Origin: an uncultured Thiotrichaceae bacterium
GTDB lineage: Bacteria; Pseudomonadota; Gammaproteobacteria; SZUA-229
DNA length: 64,000 nucleotides
Assembly: GCA_964531165.1 (NCBI GenBank)
Contig: CAZHEA010000005.1
Span: 16,858-80,857 of the forward strand
Direction: 5' to 3'
Positions 25,957 to 36,728 of the stretch are shown piece by piece. Positions within the stretch are counted from its first letter, which is position 1; every line of letters begins with the position of its first letter. The notes below the pieces were generated by a model that was given only the letters and a program-made list of their open reading frames with translations, ran no database searches and had not been told where the DNA came from. Made by a program: the position numbers and the translations under genes.

Positions 25957-28900
25957 TTACATTGATGCCATTAATTCTGAATACTTAACTGCATAATCAT
26001 TTCTATCCAGTGCTTCTACCAGAGGAATCTGTTCGCCCTGTAAATGCTCATTTTCAGAAATAACTTTAGCCCATTGTTCAATTGTTGGCGATTCAAACAA
26101 ACTGCTAATCGGTAAATCAATTGATAAATACTTTTTAAGTCTTGAAACAACTTGTGTCAGCAGCAATGAATGCCCGCCTAGTTCGAAAAAGTCATCGGAT
26201 ATACCGACATCGGAAATACCCAAAGCTGGTTTCCAGATTTTGGCTATGCTAATTTCCATTTCAGATTCAGGTGCAATATATTCAGTTGACAAATTCGGGC
26301 GTTCCAGACCCTCAAAAGAATCATCATCAAGATCATCTCCAAACTCATCCAGCTTACGCAGCTTACGGGCTTCATTTTTGTATTCTATAAACTCAAGCGG
26401 GCTAACAATAACCTGCGGCGAATGAAAGCTCGATAGCAAAGTTTCGATTGCGCGTAAACCTTCAGCATTTGTCATGCCGGCTTTAAGTCCCATCTCAAAA
26501 AACAGATCACTGGCTGTTTTTTCTGCCTGTACTACTTCAGTTCTATTCGACTTCAAAGATAACAGAACACCGGGATCTACACGTTTCATAATAAACTGAT
26601 TAACCACAACAAGCACTTCACCTGTTGCATTTGTAATCACTACATCAAATATTGAAGTCTGACTACCCTGCCCCTCTGCAGCCGAATACACCACATGTGA
26701 AAACATTTTTTTAGTTAACATCTTAAAAACTGTAATGTGTGAATATGAAATCGGAATATATAAGTCTTTAACCGGATCATAATCCGGGTTCAACGACTGT
26801 GCGGTACCGGTTGCCATATCCATAATCGCTGGATGCAATACATAATCACTAAGTTCATCAATATACTTATCGGCAATTTCCATTTCAACAATGGCTTCTT
26901 TTTTACCGAAATAAATAGCATTCATACAGCGCCATCTATCGCCAAATATCAGGTGATTATGCTCAGCCGAACCTTTCAGTTCAACTTTATCCTTATTGCA
27001 ACGCTCAATTATATTTTCTATATGGATATTTTCTGGCGCAGCTGAATCAATGTATTCCACCACCCCTCTAACATTCTCTTCACCAAACTCACTTTCAATT
27101 AAAAACTCGGTATTATTAACCGTACGTGTTAACTCAATCTTAATGCGCTTTTCTTCATCACCTTCTACAACAAACGGTGACACAAAAAACACATCTGATA
27201 AACGTACGGCTTTGACACCGGGGTTTTCTAAAGTGAATGCAGCGCGAGCCAGCTCTAAATATGCTGTTCCTGGTATTAATGAAACTTTATTTTTAGATCT
27301 ATGTTCATCAATAATCCAATGAGTTTTTGCGCTCAAATTAGCTGAATATTCGACTGTTTCAGCCTTCAGCTTTTGCTTGCGGGTATAAAAGTAATGATCA
27401 GTTAACTCTTCAGCACTATCGGTAGCTCCACCTAGCTGCGAAGCCATGCCAGTTTCAGCCCATACCCCCCAGTTAGCTGCAACCACATTTATTCCATCAG
27501 TATCTTTTTTATACTGGGCATAGGCATTTAAAAACGCATTCGCTGCAGTGTAATCTACCTGACCACTTAAGCCTAGCTCGGTACTGATTGATGAGAACAG
27601 GAATATAAAATCAGGTTTATGCTGCGCCAGTGCTTTATCAAGATTAATTAAACCATCAACCTTCGGCGACAGAACCTTTCGAGCATCCTCTAATGTTTTA
27701 AAAGCAATTAAATTATCGTCAACAATACCGGCCGTATGGAATACACCATTTAGATCACCTAACTCATTAACAGATGAATCAACTGCTGATTGCAATGCAT
27801 CACAATCACTGACATCTACATTAAATGAAAGTATTTTTACATTATTAATTTCAAGGCTTTTTAACTTTTCAATTCTTTGCGCAATAGCCGCATCAAAAGA
27901 CTGAGCATTTCCCCATTGTGATTTATCAGGTAATGGCGTTCTATTTAATATCACCAGATTTGCATCGTAGGTTTTAACCAGGTATTCCGCCAGCTTAAAA
28001 CCAATACCCCCTATGCCACCGGTGATTAGATAATTACCACCTTTTTGTAATGCCGGGGAGACATTCTCTGCTTCACTTACACTTAAATGCTTATATGACT
28101 TAACAAATCGATGTGTACCTCGATAGGCAATATCTTCATCATCTGTGTGCTGCAATACATCTGCACAAATCAGATCCAGCTGCTCCTGCTGTTTCCACTG
28201 TTGTTCTATCTGAAAATCAACATCAATCATTTTGCATGACACATTATTAATTTCCTGTGTCATTACCTTTACCGGCCCCAGCATCGTTGCTTTGAGCGGA
28301 CTCTTAATTGTCTCTGCTGATACCTGTTGACTATAATTAGTAACCGCACTTAGCTGAACTTCGTTATCCGGTTCATTAGCAGCAAAATATCGTGCAATAA
28401 ACAGCAGGCTATTAAAGCCTTTAACAAGATCTTCATTTGCTGCTGTCAAACCGGAGTCACCATTATCAATAGTCCAACCATGTAAAATATGACTGATTTT
28501 ATGTGCCGCTGTTTTATTTATAGATTTAAATGCGCTTGCATAATCCTGCTCGGATTGCGGATTGATCTGATATTCAAATTCAGATATTTTATTATAACTA
28601 TCACCGGCAATTATTGAATAACAGTTTAAATTCCAGTCTGTCAGTTTCTCGATAAGAGATTTTGCATTCTCATTCTCGCTAACAAAGCAGACTATACTCA
28701 GCGCCGCATCATCTTCCTTTGCGACATAATTAATCGCAGGAGAGGTGTCCCAGCCAGGTTGATAAAACCAGTCTGAATAATTTTGTTTCTGTAAGTTTGT
28801 TTCTGCATTTAATTCAAGCCCGCCAAACCCTGGCTCAATCCAGTAGTACTGATGCTCAAACGGATAAGTGGGTAATGGAATACGCCGGCGACTTAAGTCA

Positions 28901-31494
28901 CCATGTGCCAAATTCCAGTTAATATCAATTCCTGCAAGCCACAATTTACCGAATGCAGATAACGCCATACGGCTATCATTATCGGGCTTTTTAGGATGAC
29001 GAATGGTTTGTATAATACTGTGGCCTTGCTGCTTATCTGAACTTGAACGCGCAAAGGTCGATAACGTATTACCCGGACCACACTCAATAAACACGGCATC
29101 AGCTGTTTGCATCAGCGTTGACATACCCGCCGCGAATCGAACCGTGCCACGTAAATGACCAGCCCAGTAATCAGCGTTAGAAACCAGCTCAGGATCAGCC
29201 ATTTCACCTGTTGTATTTGAAACAAACGGTATTGTCATTTCACCGAAGGTAACATCAGCAAACAGTGATTTAAATTCGTCTAAAATAGGATCCATCATTG
29301 ATGAGTGGAAAGCATGCGATGTGTGCAATATTGTTGTATCAATATTTTTCTGTTTAAGATCATCAACCAGTTTATTAACCGCATCATCGGTACCGGAAAT
29401 CACACTGAGGCCAGGTGCATTAATTCCCGCAATCGACAGGTCTTTATTTAAATACACTGTTACCTGATCTTCATCTAATGGCACTACCAGCATCGAGCCC
29501 TTTTCCAGGCCCTGCATTAAGCGTCCACGCGCAGCTACCAGTTTCAGCGCATCTTCTAAACTGAATAAGCCAGCAATACATGCGGCAACATATTCGCCAA
29601 TACTGTGACCAATCATGGCATCTGCATTAATGCCCCATGATTGCAATAGTCTGGTCATCGCATATTCAATAGTGAACAATGCGGGTTGAGTAATTTGTGT
29701 TTCTGCCAGCTTTGCTGATGCTGTATCCAGCTCACTGTCCTGCGGATACAACAAACCTGTAATATTTAGACCCAAACTTGCATTTAACAATGAAGCACAT
29801 TGATCAACCGCATCTTTGAAAACACTTTCATTTTCATACAGGCCTTTGCACATATTGGCATATTGTGAGCCCTGACCGGTGAACATGAAATAAACAGACT
29901 GTTTATTGGGGTTACTCTTCTGACTTATCTGCCGGCTAATATCTTCACCAGACAATGCATGTTTTAAATCTTCTACAGAATTTGCAACCACAATACGTCT
30001 TGATAACTGAGCCTGCCGCCCGACTTTTAAAGTATGCGCTGCATCTGATAAATTAGTCTCCGGATGCTCAGTAAAAAATGTCTGCAGATTTGTGGTGACA
30101 TTATCCAGAGCCGGTGTCGTGCGTGCCGACAGACAGAATAAATGATAACCATCATATTGAGTTGTAGCGGGTAATTCTGGCGCTTCTTCTAAAATAACAT
30201 GCGCATTAGTACCACCCACACCTAAAGAATTAATCGCTGCTCGGCGTTTACCATCTACGTTCCAGTCCTGTAAACTGCTATTAATATAAAACGGGCTGTC
30301 ATCTAAATCTAAAACCGGATTGGGTTTATTAAAATGCAAACTGGCGGGCAATTGTTTATGCTTCATTGATTGCACAATTTTAATTAAACCCACACCACCG
30401 GCTGCAGTATCTAAATGACCGATATTGGTTTTCACCGAACCGATTGCACAATAGTCACTTTTATCGGTCTGGGTTCGATACGCCTGATTTAATGCGGTCA
30501 CTTCAATCGGGTCACCCACCGGTGTGCCGGTACCATGCGTTTCGATATAAGTAATCGACTCTGCATCCACATCGGCAATCATTAATGCTTCAGTAATGGC
30601 AGCGGCCTGACCGTCAACACTCGGTGCCAGATAACCAACCTTACTTGAACCATCATTATTAATTGCTGAGCCTTTAATCAGCGCATGAATTGTATCGCCA
30701 TCATTAATCGCGTCTTCCATGCGCTTTAAAACAACCTGCACTGCACCACTGCCAAAAACCGTACCCATGGATTTCTCATCAAAGGCACGACAGTGACCAT
30801 CAGGCGATTGAATCTCACCTTCTTCATACATGTAACCAACACGGTGTGGCATTTCGATGGTAACACCACCCGCCAGTGCCATATCACATTCACCACTCAG
30901 CAATGACTGAGAGGCTAAATGCAGTGCAACCAGTGATGTTGAGCAGGCGGTTTGTACATTGATACTCGGGCCCTGCAAATTTAAACAGTAGGACACACGG
31001 GTGGTTAAAAAATCTTTATCGTTAGACGTATGACGCGCTAAAAATAACCCCAGAGATTTCATTAAATCCGGATTAGTAAACAAGTTATACGGCATGTATG
31101 CATTATGACCTGATCCACCAAATACACCGATGGAACCAGTATATTGCCGAGGATCATAACCCGCATGCTCTAATGCTTCCCATGACACTTCTAAAAAATG
31201 CCGATGTTGCGGATCCATAATCGACGCATCTTTTGGACTAAAGCCAAATAACGACGCGTCAAACATTTCCATGTTATCTAATGGCCGACCAATTTTCTGG
31301 TAATTAGGGTTATCTAATGTGCTTTGAGGCACACCTCTTTGCAAAAGTTCTTCGTCACTAAATTCCGTATAAGACTCAATGCTATTTTTTAAGTTATACC
31401 AGAAATCATCAACATTATTTGCACCGGGCAAGCGTGCTGCCATCCCGACAATTGCAATATCCGTATCTTCAAATTCAACTTCGTGATCACTCAT
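25957..31494 (-). CDS. type I PKS module KS-AT(malonyl)-KR-DH-ACP
   Basis: KS has 'QTACSTSLVALH', 'ETHGTGT' and 'NIGH'. AT has 'GHSIGEYVAACIAG' and 'HAFHS' (malonyl-type). KR has 'ITGGIGGIG' and 'VDYTAANAF'. The PS-DH-like region has 'IIDEHRSKNKVSLIPGTAYLE' and 'LHPAIMDMA'. The carrier motif is 'FFELGGHSLL'. Confidence 0.95.
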   Translation of the reverse strand: MSDHEVEFEDTDIAIVGMAARLPGANNVDDFWYNLKNSIESYTEFSDEELLQRGVPQSTLDNPNYQKIGRPLDNMEMFDASLFGFSPKDASIMDPQHRHFLEVSWEALEHAGYDPRQYTGSIGVFGGSGHNAYMPYNLFTNPDLMKSLGLFLARHTSNDKDFLTTRVSYCLNLQGPSINVQTACSTSLVALHLASQSLLSGECDMALAGGVTIEMPHRVGYMYEEGEIQSPDGHCRAFDEKSMGTVFGSGAVQVVLKRMEDAINDGDTIHALIKGSAINNDGSSKVGYLAPSVDGQAAAITEALMIADVDAESITYIETHGTGTPVGDPIEVTALNQAYRTQTDKSDYCAIGSVKTNIGHLDTAAGGVGLIKIVQSMKHKQLPASLHFNKPNPVLDLDDSPFYINSSLQDWNVDGKRRAAINSLGVGGTNAHVILEEAPELPATTQYDGYHLFCLSARTTPALDNVTTNLQTFFTEHPETNLSDAAHTLKVGRQAQLSRRIVVANSVEDLKHALSGEDISRQISQKSNPNKQSVYFMFTGQGSQYANMCKGLYENESVFKDAVDQCASLLNASLGLNITGLLYPQDSELDTASAKLAETQITQPALFTIEYAMTRLLQSWGINADAMIGHSIGEYVAACIAGLFSLEDALKLVAARGRLMQGLEKGSMLVVPLDEDQVTVYLNKDLSIAGINAPGLSVISGTDDAVNKLVDDLKQKNIDTTILHTSHAFHSSMMDPILDEFKSLFADVTFGEMTIPFVSNTTGEMADPELVSNADYWAGHLRGTVRFAAGMSTLMQTADAVFIECGPGNTLSTFARSSSDKQQGHSIIQTIRHPKKPDNDSRMALSAFGKLWLAGIDINWNLAHGDLSRRRIPLPTYPFEHQYYWIEPGFGGLELNAETNLQKQNYSDWFYQPGWDTSPAINYVAKEDDAALSIVCFVSENENAKSLIEKLTDWNLNCYSIIAGDSYNKISEFEYQINPQSEQDYASAFKSINKTAAHKISHILHGWTIDNGDSGLTAANEDLVKGFNSLLFIARYFAANEPDNEVQLSAVTNYSQQVSAETIKSPLKATMLGPVKVMTQEINNVSCKMIDVDFQIEQQWKQQEQLDLICADVLQHTDDEDIAYRGTHRFVKSYKHLSVSEAENVSPALQKGGNYLITGGIGGIGFKLAEYLVKTYDANLVILNRTPLPDKSQWGNAQSFDAAIAQRIEKLKSLEINNVKILSFNVDVSDCDALQSAVDSSVNELGDLNGVFHTAGIVDDNLIAFKTLEDARKVLSPKVDGLINLDKALAQHKPDFIFLFSSISTELGLSGQVDYTAANAFLNAYAQYKKDTDGINVVAANWGVWAETGMASQLGGATDSAEELTDHYFYTRKQKLKAETVEYSANLSAKTHWIIDEHRSKNKVSLIPGTAYLELARAAFTLENPGVKAVRLSDVFFVSPFVVEGDEEKRIKIELTRTVNNTEFLIESEFGEENVRGVVEYIDSAAPENIHIENIIERCNKDKVELKGSAEHNHLIFGDRWRCMNAIYFGKKEAIVEMEIADKYIDELSDYVLHPAIMDMATGTAQSLNPDYDPVKDLYIPISYSHITVFKMLTKKMFSHVVYSAAEGQGSQTSIFDVVITNATGEVLVVVNQFIMKRVDPGVLLSLKSNRTEVVQAEKTASDLFFEMGLKAGMTNAEGLRAIETLLSSFHSPQVIVSPLEFIEYKNEARKLRKLDEFGDDLDDDSFEGLERPNLSTEYIAPESEMEISIAKIWKPALGISDVGISDDFFELGGHSLLLTQVVSRLKKYLSIDLPISSLFESPTIEQWAKVISENEHLQGEQIPLVEALDRNDYAVKYSELMASM

Positions 31495-31578
31495 TATGTT
31501 TTCTTTAATCCTGATTAACGGGTCTATCTATTCACACGTCTATTATCTGACCTGCTTAGCCACTGTATTTCTGTCATG

Positions 31579-34500
31579 CTACTTCTGTCTAGCCCGGCGA
31601 CGATTCAATGTATTTTTACGCGCATCTTTACGTGCTTTTGCGCGGTCTTCACTTTCCGATAGTTTGGAATTAGTGTCAGTATCCGCAGATAGATAATCAC
31701 TAAACTGACGAATCGTTGGAAAGCGAAACATATCTATCATTTTTACCGGCTGGTCAATTGCTTCGCGCAACTTACTTAACACTTCAACCACGAGTAATGA
31801 GTGGCCACCAATATCAAAGAAGTTATCATCCAGCCCTATTTTTTCTAAATTCAACACTGCCTGCCAGCAGGCAACAATGGATTCCTGCAAAGCACTTTCC
31901 GGCTTAACAAAACTTGCACGACTGGCTGTCTGTTTTTTCTGCTCCGGCGCAGGCAATGCATTTCTGTCAGTTTTTCCATTTGGCGTTAATGGCAACGCTT
32001 TAAGTTCAACAAAAATACTCGGCACCATAAACTCGGGCAGGTCAGCAGCCAGTACTTTTTTCAAAGCAACGGCATCAATTGTCTGAGCCGGATTTGCAAC
32101 CACATAAGCAACCAGCCGCTTATCATTAGGCGTGTCTTCGCGTAAAACTACCACCGCGTCTGAAACCGTATCATCATTTGACAATAATGATTCTATCTCA
32201 CCCAGCTCAATCCGGTAGCCGCGAATTTTTATCTGATGATCGATACGCCCCAGACATTCCAGAACTCCGTCATCGTTATACTGAACCAGATCTCCAGTGC
32301 TGTACATGCGACTACTTGAATCATCAACAAAGGGATTATTAATAAATTTTTCAGCGGATAAATCTGCTCGCTGGTGATAACCGCGTACCACCCCGTCACC
32401 GGCAATATAAAGTTCACCCGGCGTATTCACCGGCACCGGTTGTTTAAATTTATCCAGCACATAAAGCTGTGTATTGGCGATAGGTTTTCCGATTAATATT
32501 TTTTGATCACTGGCATTTATATTTTGTGTTGTTGACCAGATAGTTGTCTCGGTCGGCCCATACATATTGGTTACCGTATTCTGAACTCTGGACGTTAACT
32601 GTTTAGCCAGATTCATCGGAAACGCTTCACCGCCAATCATAATATGTTTTATTTTATTTAACTTATCAGCACTATCGCTATCCGCAACCAGCATACTTGC
32701 CATTGAAGGCGTACACTGTAAATGAGTCACACTTCGTGACTCAATAATATCTGCAACGCTTAAGTCATGTTCAGCTTCACTCACTGCCTGCTTAATGCTC
32801 AATTTTCGTAAGTTATTCAGCGGCGGCAAATGTTTTAAAACATTTTCTGTATCCAGGCCATAATCAATCAAGCAGCCAATTTCATTGACGCCAATTTCCT
32901 TAACCCGGTCAACCATTGCCAGACAACGTTCAGGTGTACCGAATAAGCCACTGGTTTCGTAATAACGTAAAAATGCAAATTCCAGAATACCATCAAAATC
33001 CTCATCCGTAATATTTTCAAAAAATTCGTCAAGTGTCTGACCGGTCTCTTCTGATAAGGCTTTGAATGTTGGAAAATTCCAGGCGGCTGCTTTAACCAGA
33101 AACATCGCACTTTTAAGATATTTTTTCATCGGCGCGCGAGCCAGATTTTTTACTTTTTCATCATCATCACCGACTAAAGTATGCAGCAATAATGTGACAT
33201 GACCTTCACCCGCATAACCGGCTTTTTTATAGGCTTCGCGATAAATTTCAATATTCACTGCCACCTCATCAACCGTTTGCCCTAGCAAATGGGTTAGAAT
33301 ATTTGCACCTGTTTCACCTGCCTGTCTAAAGGTTTCCGGATTGCCAGCCGTAGTCACCCATATTGGTAACTTTTTCTGTACCGGACGCGGTAAGGTTCTG
33401 ACTTTGACATCTTTACCATCGTGACCAGTAAATTCAAGTGTCTCTCCACTCCAGAGTTTCTGAACCGTCTTCGCCGATTCAAACATAACATTTTTAGCAT
33501 CTGCAAAATTTTGCGGCATAATAACAAAATCATTCGGCTGCCAGCCTGCTGCAATAGCAAGGCCGGCACGACCTTTTGAGATATTATCAATCATTGACCA
33601 GTCTTCGGCAATGCGAATAGGGTGATGCAACGGCACCACACAACTGCCCGCACGAATGTGAATATTTTCAGTAATCGCGGCTAATGCTGCACTGGTGACT
33701 GACGGATTTGGATATAGCCCACCAAATGAATGAAAATGCCGCTCCGGTGTCCATACCGCTTTAAAATTATTTTTATCACCAAACTTGGCGCTTTCCATTA
33801 ACAGGCGATACGGATCATCATCGTATTCAGATTCATCGTCTGCCACATTCCAGTAAAACAAACTAAATTCGATATCCTGATCTGGATAAGCCGTACGCGT
33901 TTTTTTAGATGATTTACGTTGCGCGTCAGAAAACAGGGCCAGCTCATATCCGCTGGCCAGCGTCCAGAAAATTTCCAGTACGGATATATCAAAAGAAATA
34001 CTGGTCACTGCCAGCCACACACCATGCGGGTCTGTAATAACACTGTTCATACCATGGAAAAAGTTCGCCACATTTGCATGCTCAACCATCACACCTTTAG
34101 GCTTGCCGGTTGAACCCGACGTATAAATGGTATAAGCCAGATGATGGCTGGTGACAGATGTAACTGGATTGGTCTGCGCAAACGAAGCGAGTGAACTTTG
34201 AGCGGTGTCAATAAATAACACATTAACAGTCAGGTTATGAAGGTAATCTACATGATCATTTTGAGTAATCACTGCAGCAACCTGTGCATCTTCCAGCATA
34301 TACTCAATACGATCTTTAGGGTAAGTCGGATCAAGAGGCAAATAAGCCGCACCGGATTTTAACACCCCCAGCATACATACGATCATATCGATTGAACGAT
34401 CTAATAATACACCGACCAGTTGATCGGGTTTTAAGTTTTTAGAGATAAGATAATGTGCAACCTGATTAGCACGTTGATTTAACTCTTTATAGCTAATCTC

Positions 34501-36234
34501 AGTACCTGAAAAAGACAGGGCTGTAGCCGCAGGTGTTTTTTCAACCTGTTTTTCAAACAGCTGATGAATACATTGGCTATTGTCATAGTTACTTTCTGTT
34601 TGATTCCATTGGTTAATTAATTTTTCGTAATCAGCAGTGGATAATAATGAGGTATCTGCAAGACTTGCCTGTGAATTACTCACTGTATTGTCTAAAAACG
34701 AAATAAATAATTTTTGCAGCTGGGCTATTTTATTTGCACTATAACTATGTTCATTAAAATGCCAGACAACTTCCGCAGTCTGAGTATTAATCGCTAAAAC
34801 CAGATCCGCATCGGTGCAGGAATCTATTTGCTGATTGCTTTGTACTTCAGTAATGACTAGCGTTTTATTAATTGAGTTAAGCTTTAGTTCCGGATGCCGG
34901 CTAATTAAATCTTTACAGTAACGCCCATCTTCTGAACTCCGGGCAAGTTTTTGTTCGGTTGAGTCTAAAATATCAGCAACTGCAGCAGCAAAATCAATAT
35001 CGAATTTAAGCGGTACACATGTCTCTATCATCAGTTTGTTAATTGCATTTTTTTCAGGCTGATAAAAAAACAGATTGAACTCAGACTGACAGGTAAGACG
35101 CGCAAAAAACAATGTTAAGTAACTCTGCATTGTTTGCAGACTTTCACCTGATAACTGCGGCGTATTTTGCGATGACGATACATAAGACGACTTGCCTGCA
35201 CTCTGTGCCTTTTCAGATTCAGTGGATGGCACTAACTGGTTTAATGCTTGTAACTGCTGCAACCAGTTATCTTCATGTTTACAGAAGCTTTCATTAAATT
35301 GTGTTAATTCAGCTGCTTTAGCCTGATCAATTACAGGTAATACATCACCTACTTTTATAGATGTTTGCTTTACCAGTTCATTAACACTTATGTTATTTCC
35401 CTGACTATCCATAATGCTGGAACATGAGATCACTGCATCTTTAGCGGAAATATCCAACGTAGAATCCAGAGATATAATCTGCCCTGGTTGAGCTGCTGCT
35501 GTATTGCAGACAGTTGCCTCATGAATATAAAAAACATTATCGTTTAGTAAAATTTTAGGTAACGAAACAGGATTGGAATAAGGACCGAAGTGTAACGCAC
35601 GTATGGTTGCATCAATTTTATCAGCATCACATTGCCAGTCTAAAATAGCCATTGCCGGAATACGCTGACAACCGCGGTAAAAAACCGATTCACCGGCATC
35701 TTGCGCAAGCCTGGTTAATTTATTATTTGACAAATCCAGCATTAAATCACTAAAACTGGTTAATGCGGCTTCATAACATTTTGCATTTAAAGTGAATGCG
35801 GTTTCATTTGATTCAAGTTCAAATTTAACCTGCTTTAATACATGTCCTTCATCTACCGCTTCAGTCATTTCATGCCAGGTAATACCGTGCTCGGTTTCCT
35901 GATTGTATATCGCCCATGTCGTGACGTTTAAGCCGGCATAGCCGGGCAGTAAGCCATCATGAAAATTGATTGCGGTATTTTTTGCGAGTTTTAAAACCAC
36001 AGAGGGTATAATTTTAAGGTGTGTAATACTGAAAATGTAATCAACAGAGCCTAAAGCTATAAGCTGCTTCTGATCGGCAACACTGAATACGCTAAAACCA
36101 GAATTATTTGCCCAGTTAATAATTGAAGCATCATCACTAACAACCGCTTTAACTTCTATATTCTGGTCTTTAATAACCTGATAACACTGTATTAATAGTG
36201 ACTTTCCGCCAAACAGATAACATGTTTTACTCAT
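31579..36234 (-). CDS. NRPS initiation-type module: formyltransferase-like domain, partial C-like region, A domain (Gly code) split by a luciferase-like monooxygenase, T domain
   Basis: aa 1-300 carry 'INFHDGLLPGYAGLNVTTWAI...GITWHEMTEAVDEGHVL' (Fmt-type N/H/D residues). aa ~370-545 resemble the C-terminal half of a condensation domain and lack HHxxxD. The A domain has 'YTSGSTGKPKGV', 'SFDISVLE', an insert, then 'HLQCTPS', 'NMYGPTETT', 'YSTGD', 'IKIRGYRIELGEIE' and 'PNGKTDR'. T domain 'FFDIGGHSLL'. The C-terminal tail KARKDARKNTLNRRRARQK is basic. Confidence 0.9.
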   Translation of the reverse strand: MSKTCYLFGGKSLLIQCYQVIKDQNIEVKAVVSDDASIINWANNSGFSVFSVADQKQLIALGSVDYIFSITHLKIIPSVVLKLAKNTAINFHDGLLPGYAGLNVTTWAIYNQETEHGITWHEMTEAVDEGHVLKQVKFELESNETAFTLNAKCYEAALTSFSDLMLDLSNNKLTRLAQDAGESVFYRGCQRIPAMAILDWQCDADKIDATIRALHFGPYSNPVSLPKILLNDNVFYIHEATVCNTAAAQPGQIISLDSTLDISAKDAVISCSSIMDSQGNNISVNELVKQTSIKVGDVLPVIDQAKAAELTQFNESFCKHEDNWLQQLQALNQLVPSTESEKAQSAGKSSYVSSSQNTPQLSGESLQTMQSYLTLFFARLTCQSEFNLFFYQPEKNAINKLMIETCVPLKFDIDFAAAVADILDSTEQKLARSSEDGRYCKDLISRHPELKLNSINKTLVITEVQSNQQIDSCTDADLVLAINTQTAEVVWHFNEHSYSANKIAQLQKLFISFLDNTVSNSQASLADTSLLSTADYEKLINQWNQTESNYDNSQCIHQLFEKQVEKTPAATALSFSGTEISYKELNQRANQVAHYLISKNLKPDQLVGVLLDRSIDMIVCMLGVLKSGAAYLPLDPTYPKDRIEYMLEDAQVAAVITQNDHVDYLHNLTVNVLFIDTAQSSLASFAQTNPVTSVTSHHLAYTIYTSGSTGKPKGVMVEHANVANFFHGMNSVITDPHGVWLAVTSISFDISVLEIFWTLASGYELALFSDAQRKSSKKTRTAYPDQDIEFSLFYWNVADDESEYDDDPYRLLMESAKFGDKNNFKAVWTPERHFHSFGGLYPNPSVTSAALAAITENIHIRAGSCVVPLHHPIRIAEDWSMIDNISKGRAGLAIAAGWQPNDFVIMPQNFADAKNVMFESAKTVQKLWSGETLEFTGHDGKDVKVRTLPRPVQKKLPIWVTTAGNPETFRQAGETGANILTHLLGQTVDEVAVNIEIYREAYKKAGYAGEGHVTLLLHTLVGDDDEKVKNLARAPMKKYLKSAMFLVKAAAWNFPTFKALSEETGQTLDEFFENITDEDFDGILEFAFLRYYETSGLFGTPERCLAMVDRVKEIGVNEIGCLIDYGLDTENVLKHLPPLNNLRKLSIKQAVSEAEHDLSVADIIESRSVTHLQCTPSMASMLVADSDSADKLNKIKHIMIGGEAFPMNLAKQLTSRVQNTVTNMYGPTETTIWSTTQNINASDQKILIGKPIANTQLYVLDKFKQPVPVNTPGELYIAGDGVVRGYHQRADLSAEKFINNPFVDDSSSRMYSTGDLVQYNDDGVLECLGRIDHQIKIRGYRIELGEIESLLSNDDTVSDAVVVLREDTPNDKRLVAYVVANPAQTIDAVALKKVLAADLPEFMVPSIFVELKALPLTPNGKTDRNALPAPEQKKQTASRASFVKPESALQESIVACWQAVLNLEKIGLDDNFFDIGGHSLLVVEVLSKLREAIDQPVKMIDMFRFPTIRQFSDYLSADTDTNSKLSESEDRAKARKDARKNTLNRRRARQK
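32830..33879 (-). other. luciferase-like monooxygenase (MupA/Atu3671-type, TIGR04020-like) domain inserted between A-domain cores A4 and A5
   Basis: aa ~786-1135: 'FSLFYWNVADDE...AKFGDKNNFKAVWTPERHFHSFGGLYPNPSVTSAALAAITENIHIRAGSCVVPLHHPIRIAEDWSMIDNISKGRAGLAIAAGWQPNDF'. It is flanked by 'SFDISVLE' (A4) and 'NMYGPTE' (A5). Confidence 0.8.
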
Positions 36235-36728
36235 TTTGATTTCCTATACCACTTTTTATTTTTTAAAGCGCCATTAACTAATATGCCGACACTTTAGTAT
36301 TTATTATTAATTACTCATCCATTGAACAATTCAGACTGACACAAGCCCTTATTTGCATCAACTTTTTTAGACATAAAACTAAACAAAAGCCAGACATTCC
36401 TGAGTAGACCGGCGATATATTCAATGATCTATAACAAATGTGACTTATAGTACTGTATTTTATGAACTTTTTAAACTAATGAACGATTATCATGACGCAT
36501 AAATTTATCCCTTATGTAGCCCGATTAATGTAAAAATTAGCCGATAAACACATTAGATACAATTTATAATTTAGACTAGATATGAATGATTTTACGTGAT
36601 TTGCTGGAAAACACAGCGATAAACCAGAGAAGTCACAACAACATTGAGACAAATCAATCGCCCCTGATACTCGCTTTACAAGGGCAATTGAAGAGTGGAA
36701 TTAAGATGAAACTGAATATGGCCAGCGC

